A stretch of 64,000 bases of DNA from a bacterium (GTDB taxonomy: Bacteria; RBG-13-61-14; DATKZS01): assembly GCA_963674965.2 (NCBI GenBank), contig CAXXFL010000007.1, positions 352,001 through 416,000 on the forward strand, read 5' to 3'. Position numbers and translations under genes: made by a program. Numbering within the stretch: the first letter of the stretch is position 1; each line of letters opens with the position of its first letter. Below the pieces are notes generated by a model. It searched no databases, was not told the origin of the DNA, and was given only the letters and a program-made list of their open reading frames with translations. Below, in pieces: positions 54,719-64,000 of this stretch.

Positions 54719-55600
54719 TTACAAGTCGGGATTGATAAGATACTCGTCGATGCCCACGCCCTTCTGGCCCGTCTCGAGGTTAACGAAGTCGGCGAAGTTC
54801 TCGTGGATCACCACGCCCTCTCCTTTTTCCTTCATGGGCAGGAAGAGGCCGGAGAACTTTTTGCTCTCGAATTTCCAGGCCCCACCGTCCTCGTCAACCC
54901 CATGGTAGCGCGAGCCCGAGGGTACCCCGTTTTCGAAGTCCGTGTTCTCGACGTTCATGCGGACGATCCTCTTGTTGCCCTCGGCCGAGCTGATGAAGCC
55001 CGACCCAATAAAGGCCTTGCCGATGACCGCGCGGTAAAGATTGGCCGTCTTGTCCTCCATCTGGATGGCGACCCAGTTCCAGGCCGTGACCTTGCTCTCG
55101 TTCCTGTAGCCCCAGGAATGGTCGCGATGGCCCAGGCAGCTTATCTTGCGCTCCTTGCCGTCCTTCTCGATCGAGCCCTCGCAGGTAAGGGCCTGCTCGT
55201 AGTGCTCCATCGAGGCCGCCTTGCCCGGCTTGTGGCGCTTGGCCATGGCGTAGTCGAAGATGGGAAAACGGGCCGCGTAGTTAAGCTCGACCTTGTGGCG
55301 TGGGCCGTCGAAGGTAAGGCGGAATTTCTTGAAGGGCTCGAGGAACTCGAACTTGAGCTTGCCGTCCGTCAGCTCGTCCATTTTGTCCTCGATATCTATC
55401 ATTTGGGAGTACATTAGGACTTCGCCGTCCACCACGTGGAAGGCCGAGAACCTTCCCTGCCGCCGGTGGCGCATGAGGGACACGTGGTTGATGCCCCAGG
55501 CGTTATTTGGCTTGTCGATAAAATTGAAGTACCAGTTTTCCTTCCAGTGGGAATCCAGGGGCTTGGGATAATCGTGGATGTACTCGTCTCTTGCTTCCAT
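54719..55600 (-). CDS. Hypothetical protein, AttH/CrtC/tocopherol-cyclase-like beta-barrel fold
   Basis: WKENWYF, EHYEQ, GHRDHSWG.R motifs; SD AAGGAG. Confidence 0.6.
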   Translation of the reverse strand: MEARDEYIHDYPKPLDSHWKENWYFNFIDKPNNAWGINHVSLMRHRRQGRFSAFHVVDGEVLMYSQMIDIEDKMDELTDGKLKFEFLEPFKKFRLTFDGPRHKVELNYAARFPIFDYAMAKRHKPGKAASMEHYEQALTCEGSIEKDGKERKISCLGHRDHSWGYRNESKVTAWNWVAIQMEDKTANLYRAVIGKAFIGSGFISSAEGNKRIVRMNVENTDFENGVPSGSRYHGVDEDGGAWKFESKKFSGLFLPMKEKGEGVVIHENFADFVNLETGQKGVGIDEYLINPDL

Positions 55601-55727
55601 GTCCGTCTCCTTCTCTCCGCCGACGCGGGTTATTCTGGGCCATGACTCTCGGCCCCGCTTTAACGCCGCCGATTACAACATGGAATTATTTCGTTGTAAA
55701 GAAAGGGCACATAACGAAACGGGAGCC

Positions 55728-57461
55728 TCAGGGCTTGGCGACCGTTACTCCCTCGAATTTTCCCTCATCGATCTCGCAGACCCGGCCCCCGTCCAGGACC
55801 AGGCTTCCCTCCAGCTTGCCCAGGATGTTGCCCTCGTAGATCACGCCGAGACCTGCCGCCGCGGCCTCTCCGCCGTTGACGATGAAGCTGACGGTCATGA
55901 AGTCGCTCCGTACCATGCCGGTGAAGAAGTAATTATTGCCGTGCTGGTCCGCGGGCGAGTCGGTAAGGGACGACTGAAAGATTATGCCCGACTGCTCGAC
56001 CGTGATGGTGTCCCCCGTGGCGGTGGTCAGCTCGAGCTTGAAGCCGGGGTCTTCGCCGGCCCCGAGGGGCGGGTCGCAGGCGACGGCGTCCCCCGAGAAG
56101 GTCAAGGTCCAGAAGTCCTCTGAAAAGTCCGAGCCGTCGGTCTCGTGCCTTCCCGCCAGGAACTCTCCCTTTTCCTCGCAGTTGCCGTCCTTGCTGAGGC
56201 CGGTGAAAATCCCCGCGGCCGACCCGGGCCACTGCTCGGTGGCGGCGAAGGAGGTGTAGAAGTCCGTGTAGTTGGCCTCCCATATCTGGAAGTTGTAAAT
56301 GGCCAGGTCGGGAAGATAGCCGGCGGTCCTGCCGTCCACCACGTCCTCGAGGCCGGTCTTGCCCTCCATGGAGATAATCATTCCCTTCATGCCGCGCCTG
56401 GCGCCTCCCGCGAACCGGGCCGAGTAGGAACCCTCGAGCGCCCCGTTGGCCGAGACGCAGAGGCTGCCCACCTCCCAGTCCGGCCCCCTGGCCTCGAAGA
56501 GCGCGGCGAGGGGCGCGGCGGGCCAGCACCCACCGCCCGGGCCGGCCTCGAAGCCCTCGGTGAAAACGGTCGTTCCCGCCACCGCCAGCGAGACCTGGTC
56601 CACCACCGCGGACTCTCCAACCTCGGAGAGCCCGGCGATGAAGTCCACCCGGATGAACGGATATGACGCGGCAAAGGTCAGGCTAACCTCCCGGTCCCCC
56701 GAGCTCATGGCGTCTCCCCTCAGGTACTCGAGGTCCAGGTTGTCGGCCCCGTTTTGCGCGATGACCCGGAAGAAATCCCCTCCGTCCCCGTCGGCCGAGA
56801 CGGACCTCCTATAGGACAGGGTGATAGTATCGCCCACGCCGATTACCGGCTGGGTAAGGTAGAGGCTGAGCGCGTGCTGCTCGGGTATGACGGCGCTGAT
56901 GGAATTGGAGGACTGTTCTATGTCCACCGAGTACAGATAGCCGTTCTGGCCCATGTTCATCTCGAGACCCAGGGAAGGGCCGTTAACGGCCCCCGCCAGG
57001 ACGGAACCGTCGCAGGAGCCGCTTTGGCAAAGGTGAAAGCCCGAGCTTTGCACGAGGCCCACGGTGGAGAGGACGGCGCCGACGGGCACGGGGTCTCCCG
57101 GCACGGAGCCGGTGAAGGCGATGGTCCAGGCGTCTCCCGCGACGAGGTTGAATCCCGGGGTATCGCCAAAGGACACCTTGGCGCCGCATCCGCCCAGGTC
57201 GATGGACGTCCCGGCGAAGACGGTGACCGTGTCGAACCAGAGCGGTCCGGTGATCGAGGCCTTGGCCGTTCCCGAGCCGCCTCCGGTCTCGACGCTCACG
57301 GTGAAGGTCCCGGGAGACTCGACCCTCTCGGAGAATATAAAGTCCCAGACGCCGCTTAAGTCGGAGTAGCCGAGCCTGTCGCCCGACCCCTTGTCGTCGC
57401 AGAAATAGGCCGTCATGGCCGCGACGACCGCCAGAATAAGGACCCCGATTTTTCTCATCAT
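55728..57461 (-). CDS. Gly-rich, beta-rich secreted protein, probable lipoprotein
   Basis: Basic and hydrophobic N-terminus ending AYFC-DD; acidic, Gly/Ser-rich, paired Cys; 12 bp downstream of the TolC gene. Confidence 0.65.
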   Translation of the reverse strand: MMRKIGVLILAVVAAMTAYFCDDKGSGDRLGYSDLSGVWDFIFSERVESPGTFTVSVETGGGSGTAKASITGPLWFDTVTVFAGTSIDLGGCGAKVSFGDTPGFNLVAGDAWTIAFTGSVPGDPVPVGAVLSTVGLVQSSGFHLCQSGSCDGSVLAGAVNGPSLGLEMNMGQNGYLYSVDIEQSSNSISAVIPEQHALSLYLTQPVIGVGDTITLSYRRSVSADGDGGDFFRVIAQNGADNLDLEYLRGDAMSSGDREVSLTFAASYPFIRVDFIAGLSEVGESAVVDQVSLAVAGTTVFTEGFEAGPGGGCWPAAPLAALFEARGPDWEVGSLCVSANGALEGSYSARFAGGARRGMKGMIISMEGKTGLEDVVDGRTAGYLPDLAIYNFQIWEANYTDFYTSFAATEQWPGSAAGIFTGLSKDGNCEEKGEFLAGRHETDGSDFSEDFWTLTFSGDAVACDPPLGAGEDPGFKLELTTATGDTITVEQSGIIFQSSLTDSPADQHGNNYFFTGMVRSDFMTVSFIVNGGEAAAAGLGVIYEGNILGKLEGSLVLDGGRVCEIDEGKFEGVTVAKP

Positions 57462-57473
57462 TCTTCTCCCGCC

Positions 57474-59285
57474 TCAAGGAAGGCTAATGCCGTAGGCGCT
57501 TGCGTCGAAGCCGGCCGGCAGAGACCCTGAAAGTGAATCGAGGGCGCTCGCGTCGATGGCCGAGCTGCTCGTCCCGAGCGAGCCCATGGACGACAGGGAG
57601 GACGCGGAGGACAAGGAGGCGGCCGAGCCCGACAGGTATCCTTTCCTCGCCCTCTCCATCTTTCCCCGGCTCTTGGCGTAATCGATGAGCGCCCCGATCT
57701 CGGCGCCGCGGGCGTCGGAATAGGACTCCTCCGCCTGCAGCACCTCGTAGCTGGTGTTCATGCCGAGCTTGTATTTCTTTTCCTCCGTGGCCAGGTTCTG
57801 TTCCTGGAGCCTCCTGGCCTCCCGGGCCGCTATGTAGGACCGGCGCGAGGCCTCGAGGTCGTACATGAGGTTGATCAGGTTGAAGTATGCCTCCCTCTTC
57901 AAGTTGTTGAGGTCGGCGTTGAGCTTCTCGTAATTGATCAGGCTCCTTCTCAAGTCGGCCTTGGCCGCCCGGTTGCCCACGGGCATGTTGAAGGTCACGC
58001 CGGTGGACCAGGACATGTCGTCTCCCTGGAACATCCTGTCCAGGGCGTCCTCATAGCCCCCCTCGAACTCGGATTCCTGACCCGGAACGATCATCGTCTC
58101 GAGCATGTAGGGGGCGGGGAACTCGTCGGTGGGATTGGGATTGGGAATAACGAACCCCGTCTGCACCACCTGGTCCTGAGGTTTCGAGGTACCCGCCAGT
58201 CCGGAGACGCTCACGCTGCCGCGGAGGTCCAGTTGGGGAAGGGTCTTGTTCCTGGCCTGCTCGTTGGAAATCTCGGCGTTTCGAATCTGGAGCCGGGTCT
58301 GGCGGATGCCGAAGTTATTGGCCAGGGCCTCGTTCATCACCGCGTCCCGGTCGAGGTCGTAGGACTCGTATTCGGGGAGGTCGGTGGGCACTATCTCGAG
58401 GGCCCACAAGTCGGCGTACTCGAGGTTGAGCACTATCTTCAAGGTGGCCTGGTTTTTCCGGTACTCGTTCTCGCTTCTTATCAGGCTGGCCCTGGCGCTG
58501 GCCACGTTGGCCTCGGTCTGGAGGGTGGCCACCCTGGGCTGGGTACCGGCGTCGACCTGGGCCTTGGTTATCACGTCCATCCTCTCGGACAGGGCCAGGG
58601 ACTTCCTCTTCAGATCGAGGTCGAGCCCGGACCTGACCAGGTTCCAGTAGGCGTCCTCAATCTGCGACTCGACCTCGAGCGACTTGGACTCCAGGGCCAG
58701 CTTGGTCCGGTGGTAGTCGTTCTTGGTCTGGTCAAGGTCCATCTCGCGGGCGTCGCGGTAGGCGTTCTTGAGCAGGGGCTGCTTGACGTTAAGGGAGAGG
58801 TCCGTGTCGTATGATGGGTTCAAGGTCGAGAAGTAGGAGTCCGACTCCTGCCGGGTGTTTTTAAAGTCCACGGACATGGACCCTCCGGTTGGCGTGTTGA
58901 CCCCCGAGGAAAAGTTCCAGGTCGAGGTCTCGCTCTCGGTGCCGAACACGCTCTGGCTTTGGGCCTGCTGGCTTTTCTGGTAGTTGGCGTCGATCTGCAC
59001 GTAAGGGTCGTAGCCGGACTTGGCCCTGGTTATCTCGAGGATGGCCAGGTCCAGGTCCCGCCTGGCGTTCATGACGTCGATGTTGTTGGACATGCCAAGT
59101 TTCCTGGCCTCCTTCAAGCTCATGAAGCTCTGGCGGGTGAAGTCGGACAGTCCCGAGGGCTCGGCCGCGCTCTCGGCCGGGGCCTCGGCGGGGACGGCGG
59201 GCGTCTCGGCGCCGGCCATCCCGGCCGGTCCAAACAGGAGCGCCAACGCGAGCGGCGCCATAAGAAAAATCGTCACGGGTCTCAT
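57474..59285 (-). CDS. TolC-family outer membrane protein with Ser-rich tail
   Basis: Signal peptide; KQPLL, IEDAYWNL, LPQLDL, FNMPVGNR, EEKKYKLG. Confidence 0.88.
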   Translation of the reverse strand: MRPVTIFLMAPLALALLFGPAGMAGAETPAVPAEAPAESAAEPSGLSDFTRQSFMSLKEARKLGMSNNIDVMNARRDLDLAILEITRAKSGYDPYVQIDANYQKSQQAQSQSVFGTESETSTWNFSSGVNTPTGGSMSVDFKNTRQESDSYFSTLNPSYDTDLSLNVKQPLLKNAYRDAREMDLDQTKNDYHRTKLALESKSLEVESQIEDAYWNLVRSGLDLDLKRKSLALSERMDVITKAQVDAGTQPRVATLQTEANVASARASLIRSENEYRKNQATLKIVLNLEYADLWALEIVPTDLPEYESYDLDRDAVMNEALANNFGIRQTRLQIRNAEISNEQARNKTLPQLDLRGSVSVSGLAGTSKPQDQVVQTGFVIPNPNPTDEFPAPYMLETMIVPGQESEFEGGYEDALDRMFQGDDMSWSTGVTFNMPVGNRAAKADLRRSLINYEKLNADLNNLKREAYFNLINLMYDLEASRRSYIAAREARRLQEQNLATEEKKYKLGMNTSYEVLQAEESYSDARGAEIGALIDYAKSRGKMERARKGYLSGSAASLSSASSLSSMGSLGTSSSAIDASALDSLSGSLPAGFDASAYGISLP

Positions 59286-59461
59286 AAGTCGCCTCCATTG
59301 GCCTGGAAATCACTCGAACGGAGCTTTCGCGGCGGTCGGCAAGGTATTAATAAACCACATCCTTTCCCTGGCCGCAATCTTTATTTAACCTGGAGAGGAA
59401 CAAAGCGGGGCAAGCTGGACCTTCCCGCGCCTTCCGTCCGGGCGGCCGCCTTGGGGCTCTC

Positions 59462-59490
59462 TTGAATGGAGGGCAAGGCGAGACTATCAT
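59462..59490 (+). promoter_or_regulatory. Promoter of lptFG, positioned for a leaderless transcript
   Basis: TTGAAT-N17-TATCAT with ATG starting 7 nt after the -10. Confidence 0.5.
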
Positions 59491-59496
59491 GAATGG

Positions 59497-60711
59497 ATGC
59501 GAGTCATTCGAGATTACCTCCTCCGCGAGATACTCGCGCTGTTTTCCCTTTCCCTGGCGATCATCACCATGCTCTTCATGAGCCAGCGCATCATCCAGCT
59601 CACGGAGTGGGCGATCAACAAGGGGATCGGCCCGGCGGACATCGTCAAGTTCATGGGGTATCGTCTTCCCGAGGTCCTGCTTATCGTGGTTCCCATGGTG
59701 ACCCTGTTCTCGATCCTGCTGGCGGTGGGCAGGCTGTCGGGAGACAACGAGATAGTGGCGCTAAAGGCCTCGGGCGTGAGCCTGTTCAAGCTTTATCCGC
59801 CCATCGTGCTCTTCGCCGCCTTCGGGGGTTCCCTCGCCCTTTTCACCACCCAGGTCCTGGCGCCCCGCGCCATCAGGGCCTCGCGCATACTCGAGTACAG
59901 GATCGTGCAGACCAAGACCGACGCCGCCATCAGCGAGCGGGTCTTTATGGACCTCATGAAGGGATCGACCTTTTACATCCGGGAGAAAAGGCCGGATGGA
60001 GAACTCCTGGGCATCCTGGCGGCCATGGAAACGTGGCGGGGCGACTCGACCTGGCAGGACAGGAGGATCGTGTTCGCCCGATCGGGCAGGTTCGCCCACG
60101 ATCCTTATTCCCTGACCAACGAGCTTTGGCTGATGGACGGGATCATGATCAGCGAGGACAGGGCCAACGGGAGAGACGACTTCGCCCGCTTCGAGACGGC
60201 CCGTTTCCGGATCGACCTTTCCCGGGAGAAAGTATCCCTCCTCAAGGAGATCAAGGAATTTGGCTTCTTCGATATGTATAATATGCTGACGAGCGATAAG
60301 CCCCTGCACCGAAACGTTACGGTCGAGGAAAGGGCCAGGCGCGAGATGGGCATACTGATGCAGGAGAGGCTCGCCTGGCCCCTGGGCTGCCTGGCCCTTT
60401 GCTTCTGGGCCATTCCCCTTGGGATTCAGCCGCCCCGGGCGGGCAGGGCCCGCTCGATCGTGGTGTCGGTGCTCCTGGCGGCGGCCTTTTATTATCTTAT
60501 GATCCTTGGCAGGTTCATGGCGCTCAAGGATTACGCCTCCCCCCAGGTGGCCATCTGGATACCGAACCTGGTGATATTTCTCACCGGCCTTTACATGCTG
60601 CGCCAGAAGAACCTGGAGAGGCCCATCTTCCTCGTCTCCAGGATCGAGGACGACCTTTATTACCTGGCCGACAAGATCAAGGAGAGGAGGAAGAGGAAGG
60701 CGAGCGAATGA
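59497..60711 (+). CDS. lptF: LPS export ABC permease LptF
   Basis: YLLRE, GRLSGDNEIVALKASGVS, WIPNL. Confidence 0.88.
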   Translation: MRVIRDYLLREILALFSLSLAIITMLFMSQRIIQLTEWAINKGIGPADIVKFMGYRLPEVLLIVVPMVTLFSILLAVGRLSGDNEIVALKASGVSLFKLYPPIVLFAAFGGSLALFTTQVLAPRAIRASRILEYRIVQTKTDAAISERVFMDLMKGSTFYIREKRPDGELLGILAAMETWRGDSTWQDRRIVFARSGRFAHDPYSLTNELWLMDGIMISEDRANGRDDFARFETARFRIDLSREKVSLLKEIKEFGFFDMYNMLTSDKPLHRNVTVEERARREMGILMQERLAWPLGCLALCFWAIPLGIQPPRAGRARSIVVSVLLAAAFYYLMILGRFMALKDYASPQVAIWIPNLVIFLTGLYMLRQKNLERPIFLVSRIEDDLYYLADKIKERRKRKASE

Positions 60712-61805
60712 AAATCCTCGACCGTTATATCCTGGTCAACTTCATGGCCGTGTTCATAGGGTCCCTGGTCTCGGTCAGCTTCCTGTTCGAGGTCATCAGC
60801 ATCCTGGACAGCCTCGAGCGTCTCATGGCCAAGCAGGGGGCCTCCCTCGCGGCCATCGTCAAGTACTATTCCTACCAGCTTCCTCAAACCATTTACATGG
60901 GGGCGCCCATAGCCGCCCTCCTTTCCTCGATGATCGTCCTGGGGGCCATGAGCCAGTCCAACGAGCTGACGGCCATCCGGGCCTCGGGCATATCTCTGGC
61001 CCGGACCGCCATGCCCATTCTGGCGGCGTCAGTCTTGATCGGGACCGCCCTCTTTTGGCTGGGCAACTCGCTGGTGCCGGTCGGCAACCGCTTCTTCCTC
61101 TCGGCCAAGCAGGAGATCAAGGGGGAGGCCGACGAGGAGGAGGAAGAGGGCAACCGGGTCTGGTACGTGAGCGAGGAAAAGGGCAAGCCTCCCGTAATCC
61201 TCAGGATCGAGGACGTGGACCGGGAGACGGGCAAGCTCAAGGGAGTGACCGTGTTCAAAACGGGGCCCGAGTTCGCGCTCGAGACTCAAACGGTGGCCCT
61301 TTTCGGCTCGCCCCTGCCGGAGGGCGGATGGGCGCTCGAGAAGGCCAGGATAAGGGACTTCAGCGGTAACGGGCCGCCAGCCATCAAGACGATGGAGAGG
61401 ACGACGCTGAATATCCCTGACGGTACCGAGGAGTTCCTGCGCGTGCAGAGGGCCCCGGAGGAGATGACCCTGCCCGAGCTCAGCCGGCAAATGGACAGGA
61501 TCAAGAAACACGGGCTGCCCGACGCGGCCTACCGGGTCGAGTGGCATACCCGTTTCGCCATACCCATGGCCACCCTCATCCTGGTGATGGTGGGAGCGCC
61601 CCTGGCGGTAAGGCCGGTGCGGACCAGCGGGACGGCGCTCTCCATTTTGGGGGCGGTGCTGGTGGGGTTTTCCTATTACGTGATCATCGCCGAGTTCATC
61701 TCCCTGGGGAAAGGATCGATCGTCAAGCCCGCGCCGGCGGCCTGGTCGGCCAACGCCATTTACGCCGTGATCGGCCTGGGGCTATACTCGAGGCTGAGAA
61801 AATAG
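60708..61805 (+). CDS. lptG: LPS export ABC permease LptG
   Basis: Start ATG 60708 (ATGA overlap); MKILDRYI, NELTAIRASGIS, AAWSAN. Confidence 0.88.
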   Translation: MKILDRYILVNFMAVFIGSLVSVSFLFEVISILDSLERLMAKQGASLAAIVKYYSYQLPQTIYMGAPIAALLSSMIVLGAMSQSNELTAIRASGISLARTAMPILAASVLIGTALFWLGNSLVPVGNRFFLSAKQEIKGEADEEEEEGNRVWYVSEEKGKPPVILRIEDVDRETGKLKGVTVFKTGPEFALETQTVALFGSPLPEGGWALEKARIRDFSGNGPPAIKTMERTTLNIPDGTEEFLRVQRAPEEMTLPELSRQMDRIKKHGLPDAAYRVEWHTRFAIPMATLILVMVGAPLAVRPVRTSGTALSILGAVLVGFSYYVIIAEFISLGKGSIVKPAPAAWSANAIYAVIGLGLYSRLRK

Positions 61806-61844
61806 GCGCCCGGCGGCGGAAATATTATTCGATTGGAGGAAAAG

Positions 61845-62549
61845 ATGGAGTGGATCGATATCAAAATCGAGGATGGCGTGGCCCTGGCCACCATGAACCA
61901 GGCGGACGAGAACCGGCTTAACGGCCCCTTTTGCGCCGAGCTGAGGAAGGCCCTGGCCGCCCTGGAAAAGGACGAGGCCGTAAAAGCGTTGGCGCTGACC
62001 GGGTCCCACGAGAAATATTTCTGCAACGGCCTGGACCTGGGCTGGATGATGGCGCAAAGCAAGGAAACGCTCTACGAGTTCCTCCTGGACGTGGCCGCCC
62101 TTCTCAAGGACACGGCCCTATTCGGAAAACCCCTCGTGGGCGCCATTAACGGACACGCCTTCGGGCTGGGCGCCATCTGGTCCAGCGGCTTCGACTTCAG
62201 GCTTATGAGAGAAGACCGGGGATGGGCCTGCTTCCCGGAGATGGACATCAATATTCCCTTCCTGCCCGGCATGCTGGCCATCTGCGAGCACGGCCTGGGC
62301 GCTCCCACTTGCCGCGAGATGATGTGGACCGCCAAGCGTTACACCGGCCCCGAGGCGGTCGAGGTCGGCTTCGCCAGGAGCGCTCATCCCAAGGACGAGC
62401 TCCTGCCCAAGGCCCTCGAGCTGGCCGCGTTCATGGCCGCGAAAAAGCAGCCGGCCTTCTCGCTCACGAAGAAACGCTGGGCCGCCTGGGTGGCTCGAAC
62501 GATCGATGAACTCGATCCCGAGGCCATCAAAAACACGCCTCTTGGCTGA
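61845..62549 (+). CDS. Enoyl-CoA hydratase/isomerase family, resembling delta3-delta2-enoyl-CoA isomerase
   Basis: FCNGLDL, AINGHAFGLG, FPEMDINIPF; SD GGAGG. Confidence 0.85.
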   Translation: MEWIDIKIEDGVALATMNQADENRLNGPFCAELRKALAALEKDEAVKALALTGSHEKYFCNGLDLGWMMAQSKETLYEFLLDVAALLKDTALFGKPLVGAINGHAFGLGAIWSSGFDFRLMREDRGWACFPEMDINIPFLPGMLAICEHGLGAPTCREMMWTAKRYTGPEAVEVGFARSAHPKDELLPKALELAAFMAAKKQPAFSLTKKRWAAWVARTIDELDPEAIKNTPLG

Positions 62550-62639
62550 AGGCCCCTTTTGTCAGGAAGGAGGGGCCGCTCAGGTTTTTCCCGCCCGGCT
62601 AATATTCGGCGCTCCCTTTGCGGGCTTGATATAGTTGGC

Positions 62640-62684
62640 TTGACAATTTCTTGGGCTGCATATAACATTCATAACGATCGTTAC
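62640..62684 (+). promoter_or_regulatory. Thiolase promoter with operator at the start site
   Basis: TTGACA-N17-TAACAT; ATAACGATCGTTAC at 62671-62684. Confidence 0.65.
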
Positions 62685-62779
62685 GCGGAGGATGCGGCCT
62701 GAGGCAAATTCATCTTTTTCCGCCGCAGCGATCGAAAGCGGACGCCATTTACTTTGCTCGCGAAGGAAGGCAAAGCAAG

Positions 62780-62793
62780 ATATCAAACGTAAT
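62780..62793 (+). promoter_or_regulatory. Second operator copy in the thiolase leader
   Basis: ATATCAAACGTAAT, 13/14 identical to the copies at 53989 and 54129. Confidence 0.55.
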
Positions 62794-62807
62794 TGAAGGG
62801 GGAACAA

Positions 62808-63986
62808 ATGAAAGACGTATTTATCGTTAGCGCGTGCAGGACGCCGGTGGGAAAAAGGAACGGCTATTTAAGGAACACCCTGGTGCCGGAGCTGTTGGGA
62901 TTTACTCTCAACAAGGTGGTCGAGCGTATAGACCTTGACCCGGCGGTGGTGGAGGACGTTATCACGGGCACGGTTTACCAGGTTGGCGAGCAGGGCTTCA
63001 CCCTCTCGAGGATGGGCGTTTTCGCCTCCAAGTTCCCCAACCACGTGGCCGCCGTCAGCGTTAACCGCCAGTGCGGCAGCTCTCTTACCGCCATTCAAAT
63101 AGGAAGCGCCATGATCGCCTCGGGCATGATGGACATAACCATCGGGGCCGGTTGCGAGCTTATGAGCAAGTATCCCATCGGCTGCGACTGCGACGGCAAG
63201 CTCCCGAACGGCAATCCTCAGCGCAACCCCATCGGCAAGTATTACATGGACCGGGTCCAGAACAAGCTTTACAACCAGGGCATGGCGGCCCAGGCCATCG
63301 GCGAGCAATGGGGCATCACCCGCGAGGACTGCGAGGAGTTCGCCGTTTCCAGCCATACCAAGGCCCACCAGGCCACGGAGAAGGGATACTTCAAAAACGA
63401 AATCATTCCCACCGAGGGCCTCGACGACGAGGGCAACAAGGTCACGGTGGACAAGGACCAGACCATAAGGCCGGACACGAACAAGGAAAAGCTGGCCACC
63501 CTAAAGCCGGCCCTCGGCTCGAAGTGGATTCACGCGGGTATCTCGAGCCCCATCACCGACGGGGCCTCGGCCGTGGTCCTGGCCTCGGAGGAAGCGGTTA
63601 AGGAACATAACCTCAAGCCTTTGGCCAAGATCAAAGCCAACGCGGTTATCGGTTCCGATCCCATCCTCATGCTGACCGGTCCCCTCGACTCCACGCCCAA
63701 GGTGCTCAAGAAAGCGGGGCTGGCCATGGACGACATCGACATCTTCGAGGTCAACGAGGCCTTCGCTCCCGTTCCCCTCGCCTGGGTCAAAGAACTGGGC
63801 GCGGACATCGACAAGCTGAACGTCAACGGCGGCGCCCTGGCGCTGGGCCACCCCGTGGGCAACTCCGGCTCGAGGCTCACGGTGACGGCCATTTACGAAT
63901 TGATGCGCCGGCAGGGAAAGTACGCGCTGATCACGCTTTGCACCGGCGGCGCCCAGGCCCCCGCGACCATCATCGAGAGTGTATAG
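62808..63986 (+). CDS. Acetyl-CoA C-acyltransferase (thiolase)
   Basis: RTP, NRQCGSS, NEAF, GHPVG, CTGG. Confidence 0.95.
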   Translation: MKDVFIVSACRTPVGKRNGYLRNTLVPELLGFTLNKVVERIDLDPAVVEDVITGTVYQVGEQGFTLSRMGVFASKFPNHVAAVSVNRQCGSSLTAIQIGSAMIASGMMDITIGAGCELMSKYPIGCDCDGKLPNGNPQRNPIGKYYMDRVQNKLYNQGMAAQAIGEQWGITREDCEEFAVSSHTKAHQATEKGYFKNEIIPTEGLDDEGNKVTVDKDQTIRPDTNKEKLATLKPALGSKWIHAGISSPITDGASAVVLASEEAVKEHNLKPLAKIKANAVIGSDPILMLTGPLDSTPKVLKKAGLAMDDIDIFEVNEAFAPVPLAWVKELGADIDKLNVNGGALALGHPVGNSGSRLTVTAIYELMRRQGKYALITLCTGGAQAPATIIESV

Positions 63987-64000
63987 CGGCGGCGCTAATA

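Noticed and set aside
1-64000. CRISPR arrays, tRNA/rRNA genes, transposases, prophage or defence genes
   Set aside because: No regularly spaced repeats, cloverleaf-like sequence or such ORFs were recognised by eye; a tRNAscan/Infernal run would be needed to exclude small RNAs

Overview
GC-rich chromosomal window, probably from an anaerobic deltaproteobacterium-like organism (Desulfobacterota/Myxococcota-like; inferred from the pilBTCSR, hsp20-lon-thiL and ftsB-dmxA gene orders). It holds about 50 CDS. Envelope and housekeeping genes include an OprC-type TonB-dependent copper receptor, a parvulin PPIase, a GT39 glycosyltransferase, a rhomboid, ExbB/ExbD, ftsB plus a DmxA-like diguanylate cyclase, EF-G2, the type IV pilus machinery, two CNNM proteins, ThiL, Lon, Hsp20, TolC and LptFG. 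No rRNA, tRNA, CRISPR array or transposase was seen. The best candidate for an undescribed system is a 10-gene minus-strand operon (42384-53657). It combines a PanE-family 2-oxoacid reductase, two acyl-CoA ligases, a 2-hydroxyacyl-CoA dehydratase/BCR-type pair, a four-subunit 2-oxoacid:ferredoxin oxidoreductase and a DUF362 protein. It shares a 14-bp operator (about ATAwCrAwCGTwAy, five copies) with an OYE-family reductase and a thiolase elsewhere in the window, which suggests an anaerobic 2-hydroxy/2-oxo fatty-acid pathway under one repressor. Other notable items: a REPIN nested in a MITE in that operon's leader, an anti-SD helix overlapping an upstream stop codon, an acidic stand-alone integrase-SAM-like protein, a homopolymer frameshift in a three-repeat gene, an OrpR-like Fe-S PAS sigma54 activator beside an AT-rich island, and a pilin-like protein without a prepilin site. 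All family calls come from motif recognition by eye, not database searches.
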